Source: Lama guanicoe (taxonomy: Eukaryota). From it: a stretch of 64,000 nucleotides of DNA. The stretch lies in NCBI GenBank assembly GCA_013239625.1, contig MU054187.1:14542974-14606973 (forward strand), in the 5' to 3' direction. Below, piece by piece: positions 40,533 to 52,112 of this stretch. The translations under genes and the position numbers were made by a program. How positions within the stretch are numbered: the first letter of the stretch is position 1; the number at the start of each line of letters is the position of its first letter. The notes under the pieces are model-generated. The model searched no databases and was not told the DNA's origin. It saw only the letters and a list, made by a program, of their open reading frames with translations.

Positions 40533-43500
40533 AAATAAGATAGTTCCACTCGACTCTAAAATTCTATAATCCTATGGTGCTTTAGGTATTAATTTAATAT
40601 ATTCACATAAGCCAAAAAAAATCAATCTCCTGTTCAACATGAGCAAATGAGTAATATTAGACTTTGAAAGTGGTAAATTATGAAACTTAAACACTAACAT
40701 TTTATTCAAAAGATGAAATTATTAAAACATGTAGCGTTAGTCAAATGGTATTAAAATACACTAAATACACTGCCTAGAACTAAAGATACGAACCCAATTT
40801 TTTAATTGAAAGCAATTCATTTGGATGTGAAAATGTAAATAAACCATTAAAAGCATCTCCGTGATTTAGTATTCCTTACTTTCTAGAATTTAACACAATC
40901 CAGTAAATGTTCACCATTTTGAGAAATCCCACTTTGTTTTTATTTCAGGTAAGCCTCTAAAAGTTACAAATCTTATCTATAGATCTGTATGTGTTTCTTC
41001 AGTATTAGAGTTTGGCAACACTGGTGGCTGATTCTGAGAAGAAGACACAATAAGATAGAGGGGTACATTTTTTTAAGTTCTAATCTTCTGATATACAAAA
41101 GGCAGTTTTATGAAGAAACTAAAATGAAAGCTCCTATTCCCCTAAAATTGACCATACAATTTTAAATATTCCGTAAGCCTTTCCTTCACAATTATAAAAT
41201 AAAGATCTGTATAAATTAACACATGAAACTACTATGACTGTAACAACACTCTATGAGGTAACTGGATGACATTCTGAACTTGTTCTTTCTCACAAACAAG
41301 TTATATTAGATTTATATCAATATGAAAATTATAACTCACAACTATACCAAGGGAAACTTGGAACGCCCACAGTGGCACATCTCTTTAACACATCATTTCC
41401 TCTTAAAGACACACCAGGCCTAATGTCCTATATTTAAAACAACCTGATTAAAGTCATAGCAATAAAATGCAGAGCATTGTATACTGCCTATGGTTTCATA
41501 AAATCCACCCCTCCCTCTTCTGTCAAAAAGTGTCCAGCTACAACTCATTCCAATTACAGCCAAGTACTTTTAGAGAAACCTATTCACATGTCCCAAAAAT
41601 GCCCTACAGTAATATCCAGTCAGGCACATTAGGACATGCAGTTCCAGATTCCAAGCTACTAAATAAAAACAGGCGGGGCGGTTTATGAAGAGAAGGCACT
41701 GGACAAGACTTGACATTCACGAAGGTCCCACATGTATCTGAAATGTATGGCTGATATTAATTTGCTGCTATTATTATGAATTACATTTTGCTCATCTGAT
41801 TAACTGAAAGCTGCGCAAAATTAAATCTATAAAATCCTCATCAGTTAAATCCTGCTTTCTAAAATGGCATTATTAAATTAAAATACCTATAAATTTTATG
41901 TCAGCTCCCATTCCACCACTGACAGGCAATCCTCACTTAAATGTCTTGTCTGACAATATGAAAAGCAAAAATATTTACTATTTCCACTCTTAGACTCCAA
42001 ACTACTACAAAACTAAATATCAACTCAAAGCTTCTTACTGCAAAAATTCATGGGGTCCTTAAAAAGTCTTTTAAAAAAGTTTTTCATTTCTTTTTAAAAG
42101 TAGGTACCCCCAAAAAACTATTTTTATATAAGAAAAACAAAGTAATTTAGTATAAAAAAATAGCTAAGAGCCATGACAGATTCTAAGAATATAGAAGTCT
42201 CACTCCATGAACCATCCCACTGAAAAACCCCACATACTATCAGTCCAGAAAAAAGGGGAAAGTAACATTTATCAGATACCAATTTTCTATACCAGGTGTC
42301 ATATTTTGCCATTTTTATATTAGCTGATTTAATCCCCATCACTTTTGAGATGTAGGTGTTATTCTCATTTATCTATAAGTTCGGTTACTTTCTCCCTAGT
42401 CACAATGCTAAGATTAAAACCCAGTTTTGTCTGGTTCAAAGCCCCTTTCTTTCTGTTACATGTTAAATCATAAACAAAGACTCAATGCCTTAAAATTTTT
42501 CCTCTAACAAAGGGCTCTTGACGTCTAGAACAACATAATGACAAGGCTCCCACATAGAACTTCAAGGATTTATTCAAAATCAATGATACACAAATACAAA
42601 TTATAATTATTATGGATTCTAGACACTCATTTAATATTTCCTTGAGTATCTAAAACAGGCACAAATGTATCTATATATGATTTGATTACGCTGCATGTCT
42701 CCTACTATTTAGTCTAATATTAAGACAATTCAATTTTGCAACATCTAGACTCTTCCCCTTTCTTTATTATGATTTGTACACATAAATGATCAGATAGCCA
42801 GTGCTCAAAGTATACAAAAATAAAAAAAAGGAGACAAAATAATAGAAGAATAAAAGAACAGGAGGTTAACTAAAAAACAAAACAAAACAAAACAAAACAC
42901 TGGCCACTGTGTCTCCCAGAAACTGACCCAATCTCAGGATAATCACTCAGCCTCATTTCTGCATTGTTTATATACTAATAACTGTGATGACCGCCTCAGA
43001 TTTTTTTTTTAATATTCTTATTCTTTGCTGAAAACCAGACCAGGCTACTCTTTCCTAGAATTTCATTCCAGGCAAGCCAAGTAAGCTAAAATTTGAAATT
43101 TATATGGTTTTCCATGCTGAAGTATTTAGGAGTAAAGAGCCATGATGATATATATAACTTACCGTCAAATGGACCAGGAGAAGAATATTATGTGTGTGTA
43201 ACTGAGAGATCAAATGATAAACTGGTAAAATGGTAACAGGTGACTCTAAGTTAAAGTTACGAGTCTTATTCTTGACACTTTTCTGTAAACTTGAAATTAT
43301 TTCCAAATAAAAAACTAAAACTTGAAAATTACATAGCCGTCTCTCTGAAGCTAACAGTACCTACTTGGATTATACAGCAACACTTTTAGAAACACAAAAC
43401 ACAGGTTTTCAAGGAAAAATTTAGTGATGTGTGAGGAAATCTGCACCATATTCTACCAACTAATGATCACTTAGGAATAAATTTCAAACTACACTGCCAT

Positions 43501-44723
43501 GTAATGGAATGTGGCAATAGTCACTTGAGTTAAAGGAATAAAAATCCACAGACACCACATTGTTTGATGTAAGCCCTTCACAAATTTAATACAGGCCTGC
43601 TGCAAAATGCAATAAATCTACAATTCAAGTGGTATGTATTACCTCTGGTTTGCAGTAAAATATAGACAAACTGAAAAATGAAAAATCTGCCATATGACAA
43701 AACAATCGAAATGCAGAATGTCTTGGTTTTGATGGTTTTATTAAAAAAGATTTTTTTCTACTGCAGTTCAATTCACAACAGTATATGTGAATCATCTTAA
43801 GCAAGCAAGGACGAAGAGGAAACATCCTCCAGGAACAATGCTACAATCTTTTCTGCAAGGGTACTATATTATTCCGCCTGCCCGTTACAACTTTGATTTC
43901 AAATCTTCATTATTCTTTCTTAAAGCATAAAAATGCATTAGAAGAGAAGTAATGCTCAGAAAAAGTTCACCAAAATTGTGAAGTCAAACATTAGGTTTTC
44001 AGCTAACAGTGAAATAGCTTTAAAAGATCACCTCTATCCTTTCTGCAGGAAACACAAGCTTTAAAATCCTTTAGTACATTCCCCTAATTGAATGAATGGT
44101 CTTTCTCTACCCAAATAGTTCTAAACCTTTTGGGAAAGGGAGATGGGCGCCTCCTGCCAAGTATAGACCCTTTCCAAAGAAAATTATCCACAAATGCAAA
44201 ATTCTGCACATATTTCCAGGGACTTCCAGAACCCCGAGCCATTATCCCCGCCCCCCTCCCGAAGAATCCCAGTTTAGCGTCTCCTCTATTACAGCCTCTG
44301 CAGAACACCCCCCTGAACACAATCCACACAGTCCCCGGCTCGCTCCCGGAGGGACTGGAGGCTCTGCCCTCACCCAGTGGATTCCGTAACTGATCTTTGT
44401 CTCTTCGCCCAACTCCCTTCACCTCGGCAAGGTCACTGCCAACTACCCCTTTAAGCCGAGCCCTCACGGTAGTAGTTCGTAGGAGCCACGAGAGAACTTG
44501 CCTGTCATAGGATATATTTTGTCCCCTCGGCCCCACCTACCTTCCCCATTTCGGCATGTTACGTCTTTATCACTTGCCCATTATACAGAAATAGCCACCA
44601 CCACCCCCCGGCGCGCCCCCGCCCCGCCGCTCCTCCAGCGCCCCCAGGCCCATGTCCCGCAGACCCTCCAAGGACAGGCCTCCCTCCATGTCCCCTCCCT
44701 TCCCCTCTTCTCTCCCCTCCCCT

Positions 44724-44869
44724 NNNNNNNNNNNNNNNNNNNNNNNNNNNNNNNNNNNNNNNNNNNNNNNNNNNNNNNNNNNNNNNNNNNNNNNNNNNNN
44801 NNNNNNNNNNNNNNNNNNNNNNNNNNNNNNNNNNNNNNNNNNNNNNNNNNNNNNNNNNNNNNNNNNNNN
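44724..44869. other. Assembly gap (146 N)
   Basis: Run of N flanked by C-rich tracts. Confidence 1.
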
Positions 44870-45110
44870 CGGACACCTGTGTCGTCCCACCCCCTCCACA
44901 GACGCCCCCCTCCCCAATTCATCTGCCTCCTCCCCGGCTCCCTTGCCCACCTCCATCTTCCTCCCTTCCCCCTCCCGCCCCGAGAGAGCCCAAGGAGGGA
45001 GGGAAGGCGCGGGGGAGGGGAGGCCGCGGAGGGGCCGCTCTTCTGGGGTTCGCCGCACGCCGCGGACCTGCAGGGCTCCCCAGCGCCCTCTGTCTCCTCC
45101 GCCAGCAGAG

Positions 45111-45117
45111 CGGAAGT
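45111..45117 (+). promoter_or_regulatory. ETS/GABP-like motif
   Basis: CGGAAGT ~40 nt into intron 1. Confidence 0.4.
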
Positions 45118-45153
45118 CGGGGCCTCCCAGACGCCCCCCACAAGGGTATTTAC

Positions 45154-45211
45154 CTTCTCGCCAGGGACACTTTGCAGACGGCTCCAACATTGGCAAACAC
45201 TACAGAGAACT
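45154..45211 (-). other. STAU2: STAU2 first exon (5' end approximate)
   Basis: Donor GAAG|GTaaat (45153-45152); AGTTCTCTGTAGTGTTTGCCAATGTTGGAGCCGTCTGCAAAGTGTCCC resembles the recalled STAU2 mRNA start; lies within the CpG island. Confidence 0.82.
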
Positions 45212-45440
45212 GACCCCGCTCGGCCGCCGCCGCCGCCGGCTTCCACCCCTCGGGCTCCCCGCCCCCCGCCTCCACCCGCCTTCCCTGCGCTCCCGACGCT
45301 CCCGCGCCCCAGCCCCCGCGGCGCGCGCGCGCACTCCCGGCCCCCCGCGGACTCGCGCAGCGCGCCCGGCGCCGGCCCTACCTCCCTTCCTCCTCTCGCC
45401 GGCCTGCGGCCGAGCGCGGCCATTGTTCGCAGCGTCGCTC

Positions 45441-45457
45441 CCGCCCCCTGGCGGCCG
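45441..45457 (-). promoter_or_regulatory. CTCF-like site
   Basis: Minus strand CGGCCGCCAGGGGGCGG versus CTCF core TGGCCACCAGGGGGCGC. Confidence 0.6.
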
Positions 45458-45748
45458 GCCGGCCGCCGCAGCAGCGGCCGCCGCGGCCGCCGCGGTGCTG
45501 GCGCCGGCATGGCCGGGCCCCCGGGCGAGAGCCGATCCCCGGGGCCTTGGAAGGAGGACGAGCGAGTGCTCAGGAACCGTGCCGGGTCCGCAGTTCTCTA
45601 GTCCCCGGCCCGGCTCCCCGCCCTCTCGGCTGCAGAAGGTGGGGGGGGGCAGCCTCTTCCAAACCTGCACTCGGCAACTGCCTTCCCCGCCCAAATGACC
45701 CTCTGCTTTTTCCTGGCGGCGGGTAGCGCCTGGATTCCCCGCCCGTAC

Positions 45749-45850
45749 CTTCCCCAGACTCTCTCGCTGCCCCCCTCTGCTCTGCTGGGGACGTGCGACC
45801 ATCCCGCGTCTGCTCCGGCCGCCGCTGTGTGATGCACGGTTTAGCAGATC
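45749..45850 (-). other. STAU2: Candidate upstream alternative first exon (5' end approximate)
   Basis: Donor-like GGAAG|GTacgg at 45748-45747, just downstream of a GC box at 45880-45888. No transcript evidence available. Confidence 0.5.
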
Positions 45851-45877
45851 CTGCACCTTTCCAGACTGGGAGGAGGA

Positions 45878-45903
45878 GGGGGGCGGGGGAGAAGGGGAGG
45901 GGG
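45878..45903 (+). promoter_or_regulatory. GC box (Sp/KLF) within a G-quadruplex-forming tract
   Basis: GGGGGG-C-GGGGG-AGAA-GGGG-A-GGGGG, containing GGGGCGGGG. Confidence 0.6.
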
Positions 45904-46369
45904 TTAGCGCAACTGTCTCGCCCAGAAAACACTAGTGATCAGTAATCACCTGCTCTCCAAGATCCGCAGCGTGGCCAAACATCCTCCTCGACCAGAAAAA
46001 TCGTCTTTGGTCACATAAGAAAGAAATCCTTCGAACCAAAAAGGAAGACCATCTTACAACAGTGCCCTAGATCCTAGATTGTTGAGGCAAGAGTGCCAGA
46101 AACTCGAATTACTTCTTGATCGTCCTGGTTTTGATGTGGGTTACTGATGCCCGGGTAACTTCAACCCAGTTAAGCCCAGTGAAATACAACACTCCATTTA
46201 GTAAATGGCACCATAAATAATTCGGCAATAAAGTAAGTCTAGAAATAGAATTACTACTGTTTTCACAAACTTACCATTTGCATTATTATTCCCAGGGTTC
46301 CTTGCCAGTATCAGTTCTCTGCCTGAGAAATGTCTACCAGACCTAGGATTTCAGGCGTCACCTAAAACA

Positions 46370-46580
46370 GCTGGGAAGACAGTATAGCCTCGTGGTTCTT
46401 AAAGTAAGGGCATTCAAATTAGATAGCCAAGCCTGGTTACCCACTTACTAACTAGAAGACCATGGGCATGTTACTTAGCCAATGAGTCAGTTTATTCTTT
46501 TGTTCGACAGGAGATAACGTGGTAATATGTATTTAAACGTGATAGTATTTCAGCGCCGTGGTAAGATATTAGCTATTGCT
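46370..46580 (+). mobile_element. MIR SINE
   Basis: gacagtatagcctcgtggtt...ccacttactaactagaagaccatgggcatgttacttagcc. Confidence 0.6.
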
Positions 46581-47859
46581 AGATTTTCCTCCTAGAGCTC
46601 TTTCCTGTGCTCCTTCCCTCCGTTTCACCTCTGCCAATTCCCTCAAATTTAACATGGTGCATCCTCCCTAAATCTGCACTTGTCCTTGGCTAATGACTTC
46701 TAGCTGCTCAGGCCCAGCATTCAAATACTGGTTGAACGCTTTGAAGGAGTGCATGCCCTTCACACTGTCAGTACCAAGGAACAAGCATCCCACCTTTGTG
46801 CCTTCCCATAGGCTACTCCCTTTCCCTGTGGTCCATCCCTCCTCTCACCTGATGAGCAGATCATTCTTCAGATCATTCCAAAATCACCTCCTTGAGAGCA
46901 TTCTCTAATTCCTCTGAGCAGGCCAGCACCCTTCTTCTGACTCTCCTCTGACATAGCAAGTATCTTAGGTTGTTCATGAGCCTGACTCCATATGCCCAAC
47001 AGTACATTATTTAAGGCCAGGCTCTGTATCTCATTCATCTGTGTAGTCCCAGCGTCCAACAGCCAGTGGGTGGAAGTAAATGCTTTTGGAATAAATGGAT
47101 GAGTTTATGCTTTTAGAAAGGAGTCTGAAGTGGTCAGAAATTTCATTCATTCCCTCTGATTCAGGTGGTTAAAGCTAATTGAAAACTTTATCTTCGCTCT
47201 AACTTTTTCTTGTAACTGATTTTAAATCTTTGGTTATCCACTTACTAACTAGGAGGGCATGGGCATGTTACATGGAAACCCCAAACGGAATGAATGTTTG
47301 GAAGCCATAATTATTAGAGAGAAAATTGTTTTTAAGCTTGGGTCAGCACTTTCCATTGCTCAAGGCATGTAGATTGCATCAGTACCTGGAGTCACCTGAG
47401 TGACATGGAAATCCACAGGTAAATCTATGATCTTCTTGGAATTTCACTTGAAAATGAAATGCTTGTATAGGAGTTGAAAAGAAGAGATATTTAAAGAGGG
47501 ATGGTCCTGTTGGCAGCTGATTAAAACAAAGCAACTGATTTATGAATGCATCTTTACCAGGCACCATTGCAGTTGAATATTCAACCATCGGAAAAGGATA
47601 ATGTTTTCAAATTCATCACAGTCAGGTTTGAGTGATTTGAACAGGACAGATTCTAGAATCACAAAACAATTTCTTTTCCAGTTATGTCTTCTCTTTTATG
47701 TCTTCTCTTTTCTTATATTTAACGTCCTTTTCTTGACACCACTTTTCCTGTAAAATTCATTAAGTCCCCCAGCATCCCACCATATAAGTTAGTCTCTTTT
47801 ATATATTTTTTCTGAACATATTTTTATCATTATGCAGTATTTTTTTCTTCCAATATACC

Positions 47860-48075
47860 TTCAGCTCTTCGAAGACAAGAACAATGACTTCCCCCATCTC
47901 TGCTTCTCCAGCACCTAGCACAGTGCCTGTGGTGATCAATAAATGCTGGCTGAATGAATGGATTTGTGAATGTGACATTTACTGAGTACCTACAATATAC
48001 CAAGTACTATTCATGGCCCAGGGAAATATAGCAATGAAAAAAATTTGCAAAATCTTTGTCCTCGTGGAACTTACA
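47860..48075. mobile_element. Two tail-to-tail L2 3' ends
   Basis: ccagcacctagcacagtgcctg...aataaatgctggctgaatgaatg (+), then catttactgagtacctacaatataccaag (-). Confidence 0.6.
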
Positions 48076-50009
48076 GAGAAATGAATGAATAGATAAATGC
48101 ATGAAAAAAAACCCTTTCCAATCCTTTACCTCCATTAGAATATGTTTCTGGAAATTTCCAATGCATTTGCCTGTTCACTAATTAGTTACTTGGAACTCAA
48201 TTTTTCTCCCATAACAATGATGTCAAAATAGTTATTAGAGTATCAGCTGCCTAAACACTGCACTAAAAAGCAATATAAAAATTACATTACAAATATAATC
48301 GTTAAGAGTAAGGAAACAATTTTATTTAATAAAATATACAGAGGTTCTGTTAAGTCTTATCAAATATATTGTTCAACAAATATTTTTAAATAAAAATAAT
48401 ATGGAACCAATTATACTTGTACTGACTTTGCTTTTTCCTTCATATCTATCATCTTCTCTCTAAAAATCTCAGTTGTTTTTCTTAAGTATATCTACACTTT
48501 CCACTGTGCCAAAAATTTGATTCACCTATATTCTAATATTTTTATTCTAATTTATTTGTCATATTTGTAATGGCATTAAGTCTCATTTTCAATCTTACTT
48601 AGCTAAAACGCAAGATGAGATAGCTTTACAATCTGCTTTTTCATCTTAATCTATGTTTCATCATCTGCAAATTGGGTTCTTTCATTGAATGTATACTGTA
48701 TTTGTCTATAGTACAAAGCATTCATATAAAGTATTCTTCTGTCTCATGGGTGTTTTTTCTTCTAGTTTGGGTTCTTCCTCTGTCTTTTTAATGCAATTCT
48801 ATTATTATTATTATTACTATTATTATTATTAGTTACTGTAATGATTAATTTTAAATTAATTTATTTTCATTTTGCTCATGTCTAATCTGGGAAGCTCTCT
48901 CCAGATCTTCTGTTAGCTTAGCTTTGCCCAGTAGAGCTTCTTGGAAAATTTAAATTATTTTTTTCACTAAGTTTTGTTTCACTAATTTTATTAGTTTTTA
49001 GGAATGGAAGAGTGTGAGATTGTGATGTAATAAGAAATATTTATTTTTATATTTATCCAGGGTTCCTGTTACAGAGCTCCTAAAAACCCTTGTAATTTTC
49101 TGAAGGATAAGAGTGAAAAGAGCATCATTTGTTATATTTGTTTTTTGTTTCCAGCTCCTTAGAGAGCTTCAGAGTATTAAGGTGAAAGGAGTGTCTTTTG
49201 TTATTCATAATAAGCCCCTTTCAACCACACCTGAGTTTATGTAAATAAGATGATTTTTAGAAAGCCCCTAAGGAGGGGGGCTCTGGTTGCCAGGGGAACC
49301 AACCTAGTGATTAGAGGATTGGAATTTTTAGCTCTACCCCTTAACCTCCAGAGAGGGGAGAGGGGCTAGAGGTCACCAATGACCAAAGATTTAATCAATC
49401 ATGCCTATGTAATATTGCATGATAAATTTGGTAAAGACAGAATTAGAGAAAGAGCCATTGTATCTAAATTAGCTTAAAAAACCAACAATTAATGCTTTTG
49501 AAGACTGTTGTGAATTACTAGCTGCCTCTTTTATATTTTCCATAGCTTGGCAAACTCCATTGAATAAATAAACACATAAACAAGCAAACAAAAAATCTTG
49601 GCTGAAGGAGAGAGCTTCCAGGTTGCTGAATATATCGAGGTGCTGGAAGGGTGGCATGCCTGAACAGGGCATGGAAACTGGAAGTTCCATATCCCTTCTC
49701 CATAACTTGTCCTAGAAATTTTCTCAATTTGCCTGTACCTGAGTTGATCCTTTTATAATAAACCTGTAATCTAATAAGTAAATTTTTCCTGAGTTTTGTG
49801 GGCCTCTCTAGCAAATTATTAAACCAGAGTAAAGGGTCATGGGAACCCTAGATTTATAGCCAGCCAGTCAGATGCAGAGGTGATAAGCTGGACTTACAAT
49901 GACATCTGAAGTGAGAGGGAGTGGGGCTGTCTTATGAGACTGAGCTCTTAATCTGTGGTGTCTGCATTAACCCCAAGCTGTTAGTGTCGGATCACTTGGT
50001 ATGGGAAAT

Positions 50010-51600
50010 CTGGTTCTAGGTACTTTCACCATAAACATCTTTGCTGCCAGCATTTTCTCCGCAAACATTTTGGCTGCATAACTAATTGGCCGTCAGGCAA
50101 TTCTGCTATGAGAGATAAAATAACTGGTTGACAGTTTGGTTTGACAGTTTGGTTTCAACTGGTTTGGTGTCATTTCTCCACTGATGCAGCGTTCCTATTT
50201 TTATATTACATAAATCTTGGGCCTCATAATGGTCTACACAGTGATGAGTAGTTGATGATAACAATCATATATCAACTTGATAGAAACTATGGTGATAAGA
50301 AAACTTACTGGAAGTACAAAATCTGGCTTAGATGATTTGTGAAATGTAAGGACTGAGCATGTGCTGGAACATTTAAACGTAGTCTTGATATATTCTACCA
50401 GTTATATGCCTGACATTTATTGATAACAAATAGCAACATCCCACGTCTGTTTGCTTTACTTCCAGGGAAATCTGAAAAGACTTAGAGAGATTTTTTTTTT
50501 TATAGCCTATAGAATTTACGTCCCCACATTAGAGCCTGAATCCTCAGTGATCGATTTTAAGAAAGCGAGTCTCATCGCTTTCTCTAACGTATACCTGAAT
50601 ACAAGTATAGCTGGCTGTTCATCTTACATGGCAAGAAACATTTACTGCAAAATCATTGATATCGGAGAAAAGTTGTGCTATGTAACAGATGCCAAATTTA
50701 ACACGAAAATTAAACGCATTAAGTGTTATCATTTCTTCCAGTTAGTGATGTTATTGATGGCTTTATTAAGCTGACACATGACACTGATTTGCCCCAAGAG
50801 TTAATTTCTTATTTTGAAACATACTGCGTTGGAGAAGAAAGAGGCCAAGGGCCTCAAAGGGGCAAAGCTGAACCTACGGTTCTCATAGAACTTTGGAACA
50901 TCTATCAATGGGCATGTGGCAATATGCCAAGAACACACAACAGTGTAGAAGATTTTCATAATACAATACAAAGCTCAGTAACAAATATGCATCCTAGGAT
51001 TTGGAAACTGATACGTCTTTTTTTTTTTAAGAGAAAGAAATTTCTTTTTTTCTTCTTTATTTGGCTGTTTTCTGGGGGGTGGGGGAGGTGATTAGGTTTA
51101 TTTATTTACTGTTTTTTTTTTTAATGGAGGTGCTGGGGATAGAACCCAGGACCTTGTGCTCACTAATCACGTACTGTACCACTGAGCTATATCCTCCCCC
51201 AATACCTGTCTTAATGAAGGAAGAATTTTGGCAACAATAAAAAGTGTGATGCTAAACAAGGAGACAAATTAAGAAGCAAAACAAAAATAACTATAACATA
51301 CTATTAACAAAACACTTGGAAGACAAGTACTCAGATACAATCTACAAAATAAAACCAATTATTTGTGCAATATTGCCATAAATCTACACACATCTTAAAT
51401 GTATTCAACTATTTGTATTTTGCAATAAAGTCTGTTTAATTTTGCTATTCATTTCTCATGTTTCATGTTTATGTGCTTTTTGATGTCCCTTTTTATTTTT
51501 CATGATTTTATCTTTTATGGCAAAACTGCCTTATGGCCAAATAGTTATGCCATAAAAATGTTTGCAACAGAGATGCTCATGGCAAAAATACCAGACACAG
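50010..51600 (+). mobile_element. Mutator/MULE-type DNA transposon fossil with long TIRs and decayed transposase
   Basis: ~100-nt imperfect TIRs (50010-50120 vs 51505-51600); transposase motifs [D>A]GTFK...FYQLY (50363), IDFKKA...GCSSY (50553), LWN...PRTHNSVEDFH (50948). Confidence 0.82.
51043..51200 (-). mobile_element. Vic-1-type SINE inside the MULE transposase
   Basis: Antisense head ending ccactgagctatatcctccccc; T-rich tail. Confidence 0.88.
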
Positions 51601-52112
51601 GACAGTTCATACATCTGATATTAGACACGTTGGTATGAGTGGTGAAGAACTATGTTTTTTTTCTCATTTAGTTGGTGTCCAGAGAACCAGAATACTGTTT
51701 GGTAGTGTAGGGGGAAAATTCCAGAGAGAGAATTTATAATTTGACTTTATTCTACCATTGTTACCCTAAATTTCTGATAATTTTCTTTATGTCTTGTTTA
51801 TAATCATTTAAATTTCCTTGAAATGGAAATAAATATGTAACATCTCTGAACACAGGGGGCTTGGAGGTGGCACGTGTTGCTTCTTAAATAGATTCAGTGA
51901 CTTGTTCAAACACTTTTTAATTGTGACTATTTTGAAAGGCATCATTTAGCAATCAGCTTTTTCATCTTTCCTTATTGTCCCCCACTCTTTTCAAAAGACT
52001 TCATTATTCTTTCTCCCTTCCCATTGATAAAGGAAGAAAAAAAAAACTGAGCATCCCAGCTATTTACACTTTCTCATTCTGTCACCTCCTTGGTAATTGT
52101 TGATGGTACTCA

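Larger units (their letters stand above)
1..45211 (-). other. STAU2: STAU2 gene, 5' portion (continues beyond position 1)
   Basis: Spliced exons give MANPKEKTPMCLVNELARFNRVQPQYKLLKERGPAHSK-MFSVQLSLGEQTWESEGSSIKKAQQAVANKALTESTLPKPVQKPPKSNVNNNPG-SITPTVELNGLAMKRGEPAIYRPLDPKPFPNYRANYNFRGMYNQR, the recognisable Staufen-2 N-terminus (dsRBD1 and start of split dsRBD2). TSS approximate. Confidence 0.97.
44230..45990. promoter_or_regulatory. CpG island promoter of STAU2
   Basis: Abrupt very GC- and CpG-rich segment in AT-rich surroundings, covering the first exon(s); GC boxes; no obvious TATA box. Confidence 0.93.
49013..51730 (+). mobile_element. MER21-like LTR, interrupted by a DNA transposon
   Basis: tgtgagattgtgatgtaataagaaata...acagagctcctaaaaaccctt...gcccctttcaaccacacctgagtttatg...ggttgccaggggaaccaacc; resumes after 51600. 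Confidence 0.8.

Noticed and set aside
44498..45932. Long overlapping ORFs (200-370 aa) on both strands
   Set aside because: Stop-codon depletion in a CpG island plus read-through of an N gap; low-complexity Pro/Gly/Arg/Ala translations with no domain.
50451..51091. Domesticated or active transposase gene
   Set aside because: Frameshifts, stops, a mutated first catalytic Asp and CxxH motif, and a SINE insertion.
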